A stretch of DNA of 64,000 nt from Vulcanimicrobiota bacterium (GCA_963733295.1 CAVTCS010000003.1:96001-160000), one strand, 5' to 3'; shown: positions 9,438-19,693, counted from the stretch's first letter. Numbers and translations: made by a program. Notes: generated by a model not told the origin, from the letters alone.

Positions 9438-10382
9438 TTGCGGATCATCGATGAGGCGCAAATTGCGCAGCTTTTGACGCCCGCTGTGACGCGCAGGCTG
9501 ATGCACGCGGCTTTTCTCGCCGACGCCGAAGGCCGCACGAACAATCCGGTACGGACCGTGGCGACCGTCCCGAGCGGGTGGTTCGCGGCGATGCCTGCCT
9601 ATGTGGAAGCCGACGGTATGCGGGCGTTGGGCGCGAAGCTCGTCGCTTTTTTCCCCGGGAACGCCGCGCGCGGGAAACCGACGCATCGCGCCACGGTCGC
9701 CATGTTCGACCCCGATGATGGGGAACTGCTCGCGCTCGTCGCCGGCGAAACGATTACCGAGCGGCGCACCGCCGCCGCTAGCGTCGTGGCGACGCAACGG
9801 CTTGCCGCGAAGCCGGCGGGTCGTTACGCCATCCTCGGATCGGGAGTGCAAGGCCGCTCGCATCTCGTCGCCTTCGCCGATACCGGGTCGATCGAGTCGT
9901 TGACGCTCTGGTCTCCGAATGCGTCCCACGCGGAGGCACTCGCGCGCCGGGCACGCGAGCTCGGGATCGCGGCGACGCGAGTGTGCGCGACCCCGGCCGA
10001 AGCGGTTCGCGACGCGGACGTCGTCGTGACGGCGACCGGCACGACCGATCCGATCGTCGCGGGCAGCGATCTGAAAGCCGGAGCGCACGTCAACGCCGTC
10101 GGCGCGTGCGTCCCGCAGCGACGCGAGCTCGCCGGCGACGTGCTGGCGCGCGCCGCGCTCTTCGTCGATTCGCGCGATGCGGCGTTGCGCGAATCGGGGG
10201 ACATCCTGCTGGCGATGAACGAGCTGAGGCGGAGCGATCTCGTCACGGCCGAACTCGGCGAGATGCTGGCCGCGCCGGACAGGCCGGTGCTCGACCGTCC
10301 CGACGCGATATCCGTTTTCAAATCGCTGGGCCTCGGCATCGAAGACGTCATCTGCGCCGCGTACGCGCTCGCGCACGCGTGA
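9438..10382 (+). CDS. Ornithine cyclodeaminase/mu-crystallin family oxidoreductase
   Basis: ITERRTAAAS, GSGVQG, HVNAVGA, FKSLGLGIED. Confidence 0.9.
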   Translation: MRIIDEAQIAQLLTPAVTRRLMHAAFLADAEGRTNNPVRTVATVPSGWFAAMPAYVEADGMRALGAKLVAFFPGNAARGKPTHRATVAMFDPDDGELLALVAGETITERRTAAASVVATQRLAAKPAGRYAILGSGVQGRSHLVAFADTGSIESLTLWSPNASHAEALARRARELGIAATRVCATPAEAVRDADVVVTATGTTDPIVAGSDLKAGAHVNAVGACVPQRRELAGDVLARAALFVDSRDAALRESGDILLAMNELRRSDLVTAELGEMLAAPDRPVLDRPDAISVFKSLGLGIEDVICAAYALAHA

Positions 10383-12250
10383 AAAAGCCCAAGCCCGCCG
10401 GGGCCGGTCTCGCGGTGGCCGCGCTCGGCGTCGTTTTCGGCGACATCGGAACGAGCCCGCTCTACACCCTCAGGACCTGCTTTTTGACGGCGCGCGTCGA
10501 GCCGACGCTCGAGAACGTCCTCGGCATTCTGTCGCTCCTGCTCTGGCTGCTAACCTTCGTCGTCTGCGTGAAGTACGTCGGCAATCTAATGCGCGTCGAT
10601 CACGATGGAGAAGGCGGGATTCTGGCCCTGCTCGCACTCGCTTCGCCTCCACGCTCGTTCGGAGTGCCGCTGAAGCTGGGATGGCTCACCGTGGTCGTGG
10701 CCACGGGAGCGGCGATGTTGTTCGGGGACGGCATCATCACGCCGGCGATCTCGGTCATCTCGGCGGTTGAAGGCCTTAACGTCGCGACGAGCTCCGCGCA
10801 ACCGTTTATCGTCCCGGCGGGGGTCGCGATTCTGCTCGGACTCTTTCTGATCCAATCGCGCGGAACGGAGAAGGTCGGCCGCATGTTCGGTCCGGTGATG
10901 GTCGCGTGGTTCGTGGCGATCGGCGTCGCCGGCTTTCTCGCGATTCTCAAGGCGCCGCAGATACTTTACGCGCTCGACCCGCGCCACGCCGTCCGGTTCG
11001 TTTTCCAACACGGGATGTTCGGGTTTCTGATCTTCGGCGCGATCGTACTCGCCATGACCGGGGTCGAGGCGTTGTACGCCGACATGTCGCATTTCGGCCG
11101 AGCGCCGATTACGTTGGCCTGGTACGTGTTCGTCTTTCCCGCGCTCGTTCTGAACTATCTCGGCCAGGGCGCCGCATTACTGGTGTCGCCGTCGGCCTTC
11201 AACTCACCGTTTTACGCGCTGACGCCTGGTCCGGTTCTCATCCCGATGGTAATCCTCGCCACGCTTGCGACGATCATCGCTTCGCAGGCCCTGATCTCCA
11301 GCGCCTTCACGCTGACCGAACAAGCCATCAACCTCAACCTCTGGCCGCGAATGACGGTGCTCCATACCTCGTCGAGCCTGCGCGGCCAAGTCTACGTTCC
11401 TGTCGTCAACGCAATCCTCGGCGTCGCGTGCATCGCGCTGGTTCTGACATTCCGCAGCAGCGAAAACCTGGCGGCAGCCTATGGCCTCGCCGTTTCTGCG
11501 ACGATGTTGGCGACCTCGATCGCGTTTTACAACGTGATTACCAACGTCTTAAAGTGGCGTCGAGCCGTGGCCGTGCCGCTCGTCGCCTCTTTCCTTCTGG
11601 TCGATGGGTCGTTCTTTCTCGCGGGTCTCGCAAAAATTCCCGAAGGGGCGTGGGTTCCGCTGGTCATCAGCTTCGCGCTCGTCCTAACCTCGCTCACGTG
11701 GCTGCAAGGAAGACGTTGCGTCGCGAAGGCTTTGGCCGAGTTGCAGACGCCGCTCGAGGACTATCTTCGCGATGCGCGCCCGAGCAGTGGCGAGGCCAAG
11801 GGAACGATGATCCTTCTGACGGGAGATCAGCGCGGGGTTCCATTCGTCGGCAGGAAGCACGGTTGGATCCGCGCTCGAGCCGACGAGGAGCGGGTCGTCC
11901 TATTGACGCTGGTACGCGCCGCGCGTCCCTACGTCGATGAGACCCAACGCGTGATTATCGAGCGCAAGTCCGAACGTCTCTCGCTCGTGACGGCGCAGTT
12001 CGGATACATGGAACGCCCGCGCATCGCACCGGTCGTGGCGGCGTGCGGTGCGAACGGCCTCAAGCTCGATTCCGCCGACACATCTTTTTTCTACGCCGAC
12101 CCGAAGCTGGTCCGCGCGGAACATCATCCGTTGCCGAACTGGCAACGGAACTACTTCCAAATCCTCGCCCGCAATGCGCGACCGTTGCCCGACGACCTCG
12201 GCATTCGCCCCGAGCGGAGGGTCGAGTTAGGCGTTGAGGTCTCGGTTTGA
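10379..12250 (+). CDS. kup: KUP/HAK/KT potassium transporter
   Basis: LGVVFGDIGTSPLY, GEGGILAL, TGVEALYADMSHFG; GTG at 10379 overlaps the upstream stop. Confidence 0.95.
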   Translation: MKKPKPAGAGLAVAALGVVFGDIGTSPLYTLRTCFLTARVEPTLENVLGILSLLLWLLTFVVCVKYVGNLMRVDHDGEGGILALLALASPPRSFGVPLKLGWLTVVVATGAAMLFGDGIITPAISVISAVEGLNVATSSAQPFIVPAGVAILLGLFLIQSRGTEKVGRMFGPVMVAWFVAIGVAGFLAILKAPQILYALDPRHAVRFVFQHGMFGFLIFGAIVLAMTGVEALYADMSHFGRAPITLAWYVFVFPALVLNYLGQGAALLVSPSAFNSPFYALTPGPVLIPMVILATLATIIASQALISSAFTLTEQAINLNLWPRMTVLHTSSSLRGQVYVPVVNAILGVACIALVLTFRSSENLAAAYGLAVSATMLATSIAFYNVITNVLKWRRAVAVPLVASFLLVDGSFFLAGLAKIPEGAWVPLVISFALVLTSLTWLQGRRCVAKALAELQTPLEDYLRDARPSSGEAKGTMILLTGDQRGVPFVGRKHGWIRARADEERVVLLTLVRAARPYVDETQRVIIERKSERLSLVTAQFGYMERPRIAPVVAACGANGLKLDSADTSFFYADPKLVRAEHHPLPNWQRNYFQILARNARPLPDDLGIRPERRVELGVEVSV

Positions 12251-12261
12251 GTTTGAGGGAC

Positions 12262-12819
12262 CTACATTGCGTCGCCGTCGAGCAGCGATTGCTGGATCGA
12301 ACGGAACGTGTACGTCTGACCGGAACGATCGAGTATCCAAACGAGATCGAAGACGTCGTCCGCCGGCCACCTTTGCGGGGCGGCCGAGCTGAAGGCGCGC
12401 GCAATCGCGGGCAAATGCTTGTGCTCCCATGAGACCAGCACGACACCGTCGAGTGCGGCGATTACCTGCGCGGCGTCCGATTCATCCCCGACCGCGAAAT
12501 CCGTGTTGACCGTGATTGAAAGCGCTCGCGCGAGCGGCGCGACCGTTTCTTGCGGGCGAAGGCTTTTCGCAAGGTCCTCCCCTTCCGCGAATGCGAGGCT
12601 TACGTCGCTAGAGGCCGCCGCGGCGAAAATCGCCGTAGGCCGCGCGATTGCGGGATTCGGGATTTGACAGCGAAAGAGCGGAACGAGCGCGCCGGCGCGC
12701 TCCCAACCGCGCGGTATCAAGGAGTGCTTGTCGGGCGTCCCGTTCTCGTCGATTGCGGCCGGTGGGGGAACCTCTTGTTTCTCACCGTGCCGGATCAGCA
12801 TGATCTTCGTCGGCGGCAT
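12262..12819 (-). CDS. Histidine phosphatase/phosphoglycerate mutase-like protein
   Basis: IMLIRHGEK, SLRPQETV, VSWEHK. Confidence 0.75.
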   Translation of the reverse strand: MPPTKIMLIRHGEKQEVPPPAAIDENGTPDKHSLIPRGWERAGALVPLFRCQIPNPAIARPTAIFAAAASSDVSLAFAEGEDLAKSLRPQETVAPLARALSITVNTDFAVGDESDAAQVIAALDGVVLVSWEHKHLPAIARAFSSAAPQRWPADDVFDLVWILDRSGQTYTFRSIQQSLLDGDAM

Positions 12820-12886
12820 ACCTACAGCGACTCGCACAGTGCCGCAGAGGTTGCGAGACGCAGCGCTGGTATGCTTCAATTTGTCC

Positions 12887-13531
12887 ATGCCGGATAAGAC
12901 GGAGCGCCCCTCAGGTTTTTTTCGGCTTCGGCCGTTCGACCTCGATCTCGGCGACGTAATCGTTCAGATCGTCGCCGTTGCGCTCGGCGTCATGCTCGGC
13001 TTCGCCGCGACCGCTTGGAGCGAGCGCAATCATCAACGCGCGCTTCTGCACGAGACCGTCGGCAACATCGTCGACGAATTGAGCTCCAACAAGGACGGCA
13101 TGAGCCACGTGACGGCCGAACACGCGAGGACTTTGACCGTTTTGCTGACGCTCGCGAAGGGATCCGCGCAATCGGCACACATCTCGCTCGCGGAAGCCCG
13201 AAAGGCGGTGCGGGAGGTCGGGAAAATGCCCGTCAACGTGCCGCTCGAGATTGCATGGCAGATCGCTCAAACCGATCAGGGTTTGACGCTCCTGCCTTAT
13301 CAAGACCGGTACTCGCTGGCGTGGGTCTACGAAGTGCAGAACATCTACTACCAAAAGGAAGAACGCTTCGAGAATTCGGTGCTAACGCTCTCGGAGTCGC
13401 CAAGCGGCAACTACTTCTTCCAAATCGCCGACCTGGCGAACCAAATGGCATCGGTCGTGAACACCGAACGCCAGCTCGACGACCTCTACACCAAAGCGCT
13501 CCAACGAGCCAAAACCGAATTCAACACGTAG
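12887..13531 (+). CDS. Hypothetical membrane-anchored protein
   Basis: N-terminal TM (IVQIVAVALGVMLGFAATAW) followed by a helical domain; GC-typical codon usage. Confidence 0.7.
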   Translation: MPDKTERPSGFFRLRPFDLDLGDVIVQIVAVALGVMLGFAATAWSERNHQRALLHETVGNIVDELSSNKDGMSHVTAEHARTLTVLLTLAKGSAQSAHISLAEARKAVREVGKMPVNVPLEIAWQIAQTDQGLTLLPYQDRYSLAWVYEVQNIYYQKEERFENSVLTLSESPSGNYFFQIADLANQMASVVNTERQLDDLYTKALQRAKTEFNT

Positions 13532-13541
13532 GCCCGAGTTT

Positions 13542-14171
13542 CTAGCGTGAGGTGACTTTGTAGGCCGAGCGCATTCCGCTCGCGATGATGAAGAGAAAGA
13601 TTGCGAGGCCGGTCGTCAGGACGAAGATCCCTGCGCTGTAAGCGAGGATGCCTTCATAGCCGACGACCTTGGGGGTCAGGAACCAATAGGGATACCATTT
13701 GATGTACGACCCGCGCAGCAGCGTGCATATCAGATATGCGAACGGGAACAGGAGCCAAGCCAGCATGTCGGCCAGCGACAGCTGCACGGGCGGTGGATCG
13801 AGAAGCCAGTCGAGCAGCATGACGGGCGGCACGATGTAGTGGATGACGACATTGACCCAGGGAAGGAGCGACGCGTCGATGCTGGTCAACAAGAACGAGA
13901 AGACGACCCACACGATCGTTACGGCTACCACCGCCGCACCGCGAGCGACGTCCAGTTCGTGTGACGGCGGGCTCACGGTCGCGCTCAGGAGCACGACGAC
14001 TGCGAACAAGTTGCTCAGAATCGTGAAGTATGCGAAGAAGTTGACTGGGTTGAAATGCGGTTGCTGCAATCCCCAGGCAAACTGACTCGTCACCGCGACG
14101 AGGATCAAAAGCGCGAGTGGAAGGCGCACCGGGGACAGATTAAGACGCTTGAAGCGAGCGTAGCTAGGCAT
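13542..14171 (-). CDS. Pr6Pr family membrane protein
   Basis: FFAYFTILSN, HYIVP, WYPYWFL; start at 14171 or 14129. Confidence 0.8.
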   Translation of the reverse strand: MPSYARFKRLNLSPVRLPLALLILVAVTSQFAWGLQQPHFNPVNFFAYFTILSNLFAVVVLLSATVSPPSHELDVARGAAVVAVTIVWVVFSFLLTSIDASLLPWVNVVIHYIVPPVMLLDWLLDPPPVQLSLADMLAWLLFPFAYLICTLLRGSYIKWYPYWFLTPKVVGYEGILAYSAGIFVLTTGLAIFLFIIASGMRSAYKVTSR

Positions 14172-15108
14172 CGTATTGCTCGATGAGCGAACGGGCGAAG
14201 CCGACGATGGCGCTTTGCAGGTCGGAGGGTTCGAGGATCTCGAGGCTCTCACCGGCAGAAGCGATCTGACTGATCGCGACCTGCCGATTGGGGAATCCGA
14301 TACGCACCGTTGCAACCTCGTCGTCTTCGGCGAGAAGCGTCGACTCCCAATACGACGTGAGTTGCGCAAGCGCCGGCTGGTGCGCTCGAACGACGACCTC
14401 ATAGCGCTCCGCAGGACGCTTCTCGATCGACGCGACCGACGAGTTCCAGTGCTCTTCGAGGTTGAAGTCCGCCGGTCGCGCAAAGCGCCTATCGAGTTCT
14501 TCCAGTCCGGCGATGCGCTCCGCTCGAAAGGTCCGATAGCCTTTTTCCGGTTCGTTTGCAATCAGGTACCAGACGCCGGCCTTCGCGACGAGCCCAAGGG
14601 GTTCGAGCGTGCGTTGCGTCTGAGCACCGCTCCGATCGCGATACCGCAGGAGCACGCAGCGCTCGTCGGCGATCGCGGCGCGCAGACGCACGAGAATGCT
14701 CGTCGGCGGATCGCTGCGGCCCCAGCGATTGTGATCGAGCAGCAAGCGATCGCGGCTCGCTTCGGCGGCGCGCCGTTGCGGCGCCGGCAACGCACCGGCT
14801 AACTTTTGCAGCGCCCGCGGATGCGACATGATGCCGAGATCCATCATCGGACTCGCGGCGGCTGCGAAGAGTGCTTGCAATTCGTCGTTCGTGAATTGCG
14901 CGAGCGCGCGCCGGTAGTCGTCGGCGAGGACGACTCCGCCGAGCGGCCCCCGTTCCATATGGACGGGCACGCCGGCCTCGGAGAGGGCCTCGATGTCGCG
15001 GTAGACGGTTCGCATCGAGACTTCCAGGGACGCCGCCAACTTTCGCGCGGTCAGCCGCGGCTTACCCTGGAGCAGCAACATGCAGGAGACCAGCCGCTGC
15101 GAGCGCAT
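14164..15108 (-). CDS. YafY-like HTH-WYL transcriptional regulator
   Basis: LEVSMRTVYRDIEAL HTH; PLGLVAKAGVWYLIA; RTFRAERI. Confidence 0.93.
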   Translation of the reverse strand: MRSQRLVSCMLLLQGKPRLTARKLAASLEVSMRTVYRDIEALSEAGVPVHMERGPLGGVVLADDYRRALAQFTNDELQALFAAAASPMMDLGIMSHPRALQKLAGALPAPQRRAAEASRDRLLLDHNRWGRSDPPTSILVRLRAAIADERCVLLRYRDRSGAQTQRTLEPLGLVAKAGVWYLIANEPEKGYRTFRAERIAGLEELDRRFARPADFNLEEHWNSSVASIEKRPAERYEVVVRAHQPALAQLTSYWESTLLAEDDEVATVRIGFPNRQVAISQIASAGESLEILEPSDLQSAIVGFARSLIEQYDA

Positions 15109-15131
15109 GCTCCCATGCTTCCCGATAAATA

Positions 15132-15146
15132 TGACATCACCTGTCA
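15132..15146. promoter_or_regulatory. Inverted repeat TGACA-N5-TGTCA, putative WYL-regulator operator
   Basis: TGACATCACCTGTCA lies between the divergent WYL and VOC genes. Confidence 0.6.
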
Positions 15147-15198
15147 GGTATGCGCGCTATGCTCGGGGCATCTCAATCTCACCCTAGGAGATGCGTTT

Positions 15199-15576
15199 AT
15201 GACGACCTCAGAGCAGAGCGTCGCTACCGGAACCATCACCGGAATCGACCTGGCCGCGTACTTCACGGCCGATCCCGAGCGTTCGATCGCGTTCTACCGC
15301 GACGTCCTCGGCATGACTCCGACCGAGATCGACGATCAAGGCCGTGGCGCCGAGTTCACCCTTGCCGACGGCTCGACGTTCGGCGTGTGGAAGCCTGAAG
15401 AAGGCGCAACCGGCGCGTGCGTGATGCTCGCCGTAAGCGACATCGGTCAAGCGCTCGACGAGTTCCGCAAGCGCGGCGGCCAGTTCAGCGAGCCCGAAGA
15501 AACGCCGGTCTGCCGTATGGCGTTCGGTGCCGACCCGGACGGTAACACGATCATCATCCATCAGCGCAAAGTGTAG
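15199..15576 (+). CDS. VOC/glyoxalase family protein
   Basis: AGGAG RBS; SIAFYRDVLG, DPDGNTIIIH. Confidence 0.9.
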   Translation: MTTSEQSVATGTITGIDLAAYFTADPERSIAFYRDVLGMTPTEIDDQGRGAEFTLADGSTFGVWKPEEGATGACVMLAVSDIGQALDEFRKRGGQFSEPEETPVCRMAFGADPDGNTIIIHQRKV

Positions 15577-15603
15577 CGCGACCGGGAACTGTTCGAACCG
15601 TAG

Positions 15604-16416
15604 TTAGCCGAAACGATAGCCGGAGAGCGCGGCTCCCACGCAATCGTGGAAGACGCGCTTTCCGGGATCGTTGCCGGCCGCGCCGGCGGCTACCATAAGT
15701 GGAAGCAGATGCTCTTCTTCGGGATGCGCGCGGCGCGCGTCGGGAGCCGAGCTCCAAGCTTCAAGCCGCTTCCGGCGCGTGTCGGAATCGGCTTCGACCG
15801 ATTCGGTCAACCACGCGTCGAAACGCTCCGAGTCGCCGGCGTCGCGGCCGGTGCGCAGCGTCGCGAGGTTGTGATAGCTCATGCCGCTGCCCACGATGAG
15901 AACGCCCTCATCGCGCAGAGGCGCGAGCGCACGTCCCATCTCGAGATGCAACTTCGGATCGAGGTTTGCAGCGAGCGACATCTCCACGATCGGAACGTCC
16001 GCTGCCGGTTCGATCAAAAGAAACGGAATGAAGACCCCGTGATCGAAGCCGCGCCCGCTATCCGCAGCCGAAGGAATGCCGGCGGCCTCGAGCAGCTCGC
16101 GGACGCGCGCCGCGAGTTCGGGTGATCCGGGTGCCGGATATTTCAGCTCGTACGTGTGCGGCGGGAAACCGGAGTAGTCGAAGATGAGCGGAGGATGGGA
16201 TCCCGCCGTGACGCTGGGCACCGGTGTTTCCCAATGCGCCGAGATGACGAGGATCGCGCGCGGCTTCCGCTCGAGCGAGCCCATGAGTCCACGCAGGAAC
16301 GCCGCGAGCGAATCCCACGCGTGCGTCATCGGCGGCGGCCAATCCATGAAGAAGCACGGACCTCCTCCGTGCGGGATGAAGAACGTCGGCATCCGCAGTG
16401 CGTGCGATTCCGGCAT
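15604..16416 (-). CDS. LigB/DODA-type extradiol dioxygenase
   Basis: PHGGGP, ISAHWE, FDHG, GSGMSYHN, HPEEEHLLPL. Confidence 0.92.
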   Translation of the reverse strand: MPESHALRMPTFFIPHGGGPCFFMDWPPPMTHAWDSLAAFLRGLMGSLERKPRAILVISAHWETPVPSVTAGSHPPLIFDYSGFPPHTYELKYPAPGSPELAARVRELLEAAGIPSAADSGRGFDHGVFIPFLLIEPAADVPIVEMSLAANLDPKLHLEMGRALAPLRDEGVLIVGSGMSYHNLATLRTGRDAGDSERFDAWLTESVEADSDTRRKRLEAWSSAPDARRAHPEEEHLLPLMVAAGAAGNDPGKRVFHDCVGAALSGYRFG

Positions 16417-18269
16417 CAGACGAGTTGTCTGAGCTTGAGCGTGACGCTCTGCTTGGCGTCGCCGCGCTGATAGACCAGCGGCAGTTCGGTACGTTTGGTG
16501 TCGACGAAGTACTCGCGAATATCGCTGCCTCCGAGACCGCCCGCAGCGACGTTTTGCCCGGCGATCTCGACAATGCGATCGCCGGCTTTCATCCCGGCTT
16601 CGGCCGCGGGAGAGTTCGGCGCGACGCTGAGGACGAGGAAGTAGCCGGCCTCGGGCTGTGTGAGCGAGAGACCGGTACGATCGCCGACGAAAGGATCGCC
16701 GACGTGCGCGTTCGGGACGAACGTCACCGTCTTGTGCGCGTAGTCGAACGTTACGGTGAAGCGTCCCAGAATGCGCCCGCCGATATTTCCGGCGACCGAT
16801 TTGGAGGCGAACGTGCCGGCCGAAGCGGCAGGAACGTCGACGACCGGTGCGTTCAGCGTCGTGCCCGCGATCGTCAGCGTCTTGGCCCGGTAGAGCGCGT
16901 CGGGAATTTGACCGCCGACGCCGCCCGGCGAAACGAACGGATCGCCCGGGCCCGCGTAGAGGCCGTGCGCGCTTGCAAACTGCCGAAAAACGCTGAGGCC
17001 ACCGTTATCTCCGGTGTCGATCAGAAAAAATCCGGTGACGCCATCGATGCTCGCGCGCACGTAGGCGTGCTGACCGTCGGTGAAAAACGGGATCGTTTGC
17101 GGTGAGGCGGGTGCTGCCGCATCGAAGGCCGCGAACGCGATCGTTTTCGCCGCGTAGTCGATCGTCGTTTTGAAGTTCGCGAGAAACTCGGCGCCGACGA
17201 GACCGTGCACGTCGAGGCCCGACCCAGGGTGGATCACGGGATAGGGAAGCGGTACGACGACCGCCGACTGATTGGAGAGGCGTGCCGTGCCGGCGCTGAT
17301 CGAGTCGACGTGGGCAAACGAAGCCGCGATCGAAGAGTTGCCGACGCCGCCGACATCGGCTCCGCCTCCGGTTTTGAGCGAAAGCGATTTCGCGGCCGGC
17401 GGGGTCAGCACGGCTTGGCCGCCCGAGTCGAAGATCACCGTCAGAGGAACGGTTCCGAACGCGATCGGCAGAACGATCCAACCGTCGTCGCCGCCGGCGA
17501 AGCGAAACGGCAGAACCGACGGAGCGGCACCGGTGAACGAGCCGCGTTTTTCCGGCTTCGGGCGCGCGATCGTCGCCACGTCGAAAGTCTTTTTCAAGAC
17601 GACCGATGCGATCGTCGTTTCGGTTTTCGATCCGGTGGGATCGACGGAAACGTTGTGAAACGAGATCTTCACGCCGTCGACGGTTCGGAAGTCGTCGTTG
17701 GTCTGGACGACGTCGCCGCTATCGGTGTGCGCGACCGTGCGCACGATCAGGTGCGACTTCCGGTCGATCCAAACGTCGATTCCGCTTCCGCCGTTCGGCA
17801 CGACCGTCACGACGTCGGCGACGATCGCGCCATCCGTCTTTTGGCCGTCGTACGTCATCGTTGCGCCGCCGGTTTCCCACCAACCGTCCCGGTTTTGGTA
17901 CGCGCCGGTCACGGCGTCCGCCACGTCGCCGGGCATGTCGATCGTCGTAACCGTGCCGTTCGTCGAATCCCAGGGCATGCCGTCGAAGCCGCTCGTGTCG
18001 GTCAGCGGTCCGCTCTGCGTAACCGTCTTCTGGTAGCCCGTCTTGCGCTCGACGAACGTATCGAACGTGCTCGGCGCGCCGCCGTTGACGGCGCTGCCCT
18101 TCGCCTGAATCGAGGCGACTTGTTCCCAAGCCGAGCCGCCGGCCGCGGCGCGTTCCTGGGAAAAAAGGGCTCGAACATCAGGTTGCGCGCCAGCGGGTCC
18201 CGCCAACGCCGCGAGCATCGCCGAGAGTCCGCAGATTGCGGCACCAACGGGGCCATAGACCTTTGTCAT
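16416..18269 (-). CDS. Secreted double aspartyl-protease + PDZ protein
   Basis: Signal peptide; IFDSGG and IDTGD aspartyl motifs; C-terminal SPAAEAGMKAGDRIVEI (PDZ). Confidence 0.85.
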   Translation of the reverse strand: MTKVYGPVGAAICGLSAMLAALAGPAGAQPDVRALFSQERAAAGGSAWEQVASIQAKGSAVNGGAPSTFDTFVERKTGYQKTVTQSGPLTDTSGFDGMPWDSTNGTVTTIDMPGDVADAVTGAYQNRDGWWETGGATMTYDGQKTDGAIVADVVTVVPNGGSGIDVWIDRKSHLIVRTVAHTDSGDVVQTNDDFRTVDGVKISFHNVSVDPTGSKTETTIASVVLKKTFDVATIARPKPEKRGSFTGAAPSVLPFRFAGGDDGWIVLPIAFGTVPLTVIFDSGGQAVLTPPAAKSLSLKTGGGADVGGVGNSSIAASFAHVDSISAGTARLSNQSAVVVPLPYPVIHPGSGLDVHGLVGAEFLANFKTTIDYAAKTIAFAAFDAAAPASPQTIPFFTDGQHAYVRASIDGVTGFFLIDTGDNGGLSVFRQFASAHGLYAGPGDPFVSPGGVGGQIPDALYRAKTLTIAGTTLNAPVVDVPAASAGTFASKSVAGNIGGRILGRFTVTFDYAHKTVTFVPNAHVGDPFVGDRTGLSLTQPEAGYFLVLSVAPNSPAAEAGMKAGDRIVEIAGQNVAAGGLGGSDIREYFVDTKRTELPLVYQRGDAKQSVTLKLRQLV

Positions 18270-18430
18270 CTTGACTATTTTGTGTGAGGATTTATGCAGA
18301 TCGTTCAAGTTTAACGCTCGCCTAATCTCCGCTGGTGATTTCTCAAACTTTGCCCAAGCTTACAGGGTTATAGTGAGGGTGTAGGGCCCCTGGTTCAAGA
18401 CCCGGAGCCCGCTGAAGGAAGACAACGACC

Positions 18431-19621
18431 ATGCCCGCATTCTTACGATTTTCGCCCCGAGTCCTGGCAGCCGTGCTGGCGGCGACGGCGCTCTTCTTAC
18501 CCGTCGCTTCGCGCGCGCAAAACGTTCCGCCGTACGCAGCCGCTCCGGCTCAGGATCAGCAAATCCACGGTAGGATCGCATCGATCGACGGAACGTTCAA
18601 CTTGACGGTTCAGGACGACAACGGCTACCTCGACGCGATCCAGCTGCAGCAAGGGACGATCATCAACCCGACCGGCTTGACGCTCGCGCCGGGCATGATC
18701 GTCACGGTCATCGGCTACCCGAACGGATCGGTTTTCAACGCAGTCGAGATCGACACGCCGTACAACTATTCGGGTCCGGCGCCGACCCCGGCCTACTACG
18801 GACCCGGCTGGTGGTATCCGGGCTTCGCGTACGGCTACGGGCCATCGTTTAGTCTCGTGATCGCCGGTGGCGGATTCACGTGCTATCAGCAGCCGTGGGT
18901 CGGACACTGGTACGGCAGTTCGCCTCCGTGGGGCAACCACAACGGCTCCGGCTACGGTGGAAATAACCCCGCCAAGGGCGGCTACGGCAACGGCGGTATG
19001 GGCTATGGCGGAAACAACGGAAAGGGCGGCTACGGCGGCACCTCCGGTGGCTACAACTACGGCCCGACCAACGGCAAAGGCAACGGCGGAAACCCGGTCT
19101 ACAACCCAGGCAACGGCGGAACTTCGGTCGGCAACCAAGGCAATGGTACCGGCAAAGAAGGCAACGGCGGAACCTCGGTGGGCAACGAAGGCAACGGCGG
19201 AACTTCGGTCGGAAACGAAGGCAAAGGCGGAACTTCGACCGGCTTCGCCTCGGGCTACGGCTACCACGTTACCCCGACCACGCCGCACGAAATAGCTCCG
19301 GTTCGCCAGATCAATGTGCCCGGTGGGATCGCGACCTATCGTTCGCCTGCAAACAGCGCCGCGAGCGGAGGCACCGCCTACCGCGCCCCGTCGTATAGCG
19401 GCACCGCCTACCGCGCCCCGTCGTATAGCGGCAGCGCCTACCGTGCGCCGTCGAGCGGTGCCGGGTATCGCGCTCCGGCTCCAAGCGCTTATCGGGCTCC
19501 GGCTGCAAGCTCTTACCGCGCTCCGGCTGGAGGCGGCTATCGTGCCCCGTCGGGCGGAGGCGGTTCGCACGCGTCGTCCGGAGGCGGCTCCCACGCGAGC
19601 GGAGGCGGCGGTCACCGCTAA
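18431..19621 (+). CDS. Secreted protein with beta-rich N-domain and G/N/Y-rich repetitive tail
   Basis: AAGGA RBS; signal peptide ...ASRA; GNGGTSVGNE and YRAPS repeats. Confidence 0.85.
   Translation: MPAFLRFSPRVLAAVLAATALFLPVASRAQNVPPYAAAPAQDQQIHGRIASIDGTFNLTVQDDNGYLDAIQLQQGTIINPTGLTLAPGMIVTVIGYPNGSVFNAVEIDTPYNYSGPAPTPAYYGPGWWYPGFAYGYGPSFSLVIAGGGFTCYQQPWVGHWYGSSPPWGNHNGSGYGGNNPAKGGYGNGGMGYGGNNGKGGYGGTSGGYNYGPTNGKGNGGNPVYNPGNGGTSVGNQGNGTGKEGNGGTSVGNEGNGGTSVGNEGKGGTSTGFASGYGYHVTPTTPHEIAPVRQINVPGGIATYRSPANSAASGGTAYRAPSYSGTAYRAPSYSGSAYRAPSSGAGYRAPAPSAYRAPAASSYRAPAGGGYRAPSGGGGSHASSGGGSHASGGGGHR
19109..19550 (+). repeat. Intragenic tandem repeats encoding GNGGTSVGNE (3-4x) and YRAP (7x)
   Basis: Perfect 30-bp duplicate ggcaccgcctaccgcgccccgtcgtatagc at 19370-19429; repeated ggcaacggcggaac[t/c]tcggt. 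Confidence 0.85.
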
Positions 19622-19648
19622 GTAACTCGCTCGAAGAAACGGCTGATG

Positions 19649-19672
19649 CGGGCCCGGAGTGATCCGGGCCCG
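19649..19672 (+). terminator. GC hairpin, possible terminator
   Basis: CGGGCCCGGA-GTGA-TCCGGGCCCG with a weak U-tract. Confidence 0.55.
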
Positions 19673-19693
19673 TTGTGATGAACGCGGGGCTCA

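Noticed and set aside
9983..10378. N-terminal extensions in the track (Kup; also 4683, 59224, 47988-48302, 24331)
   Set aside because: They overlap upstream genes; coupled GTG starts fit the families better.
19109..19550. Repeats as a possible CRISPR array (also 33690-33885 and 35569-35688)
   Set aside because: In-frame coding tandem repeats without unique spacers; no cas genes.
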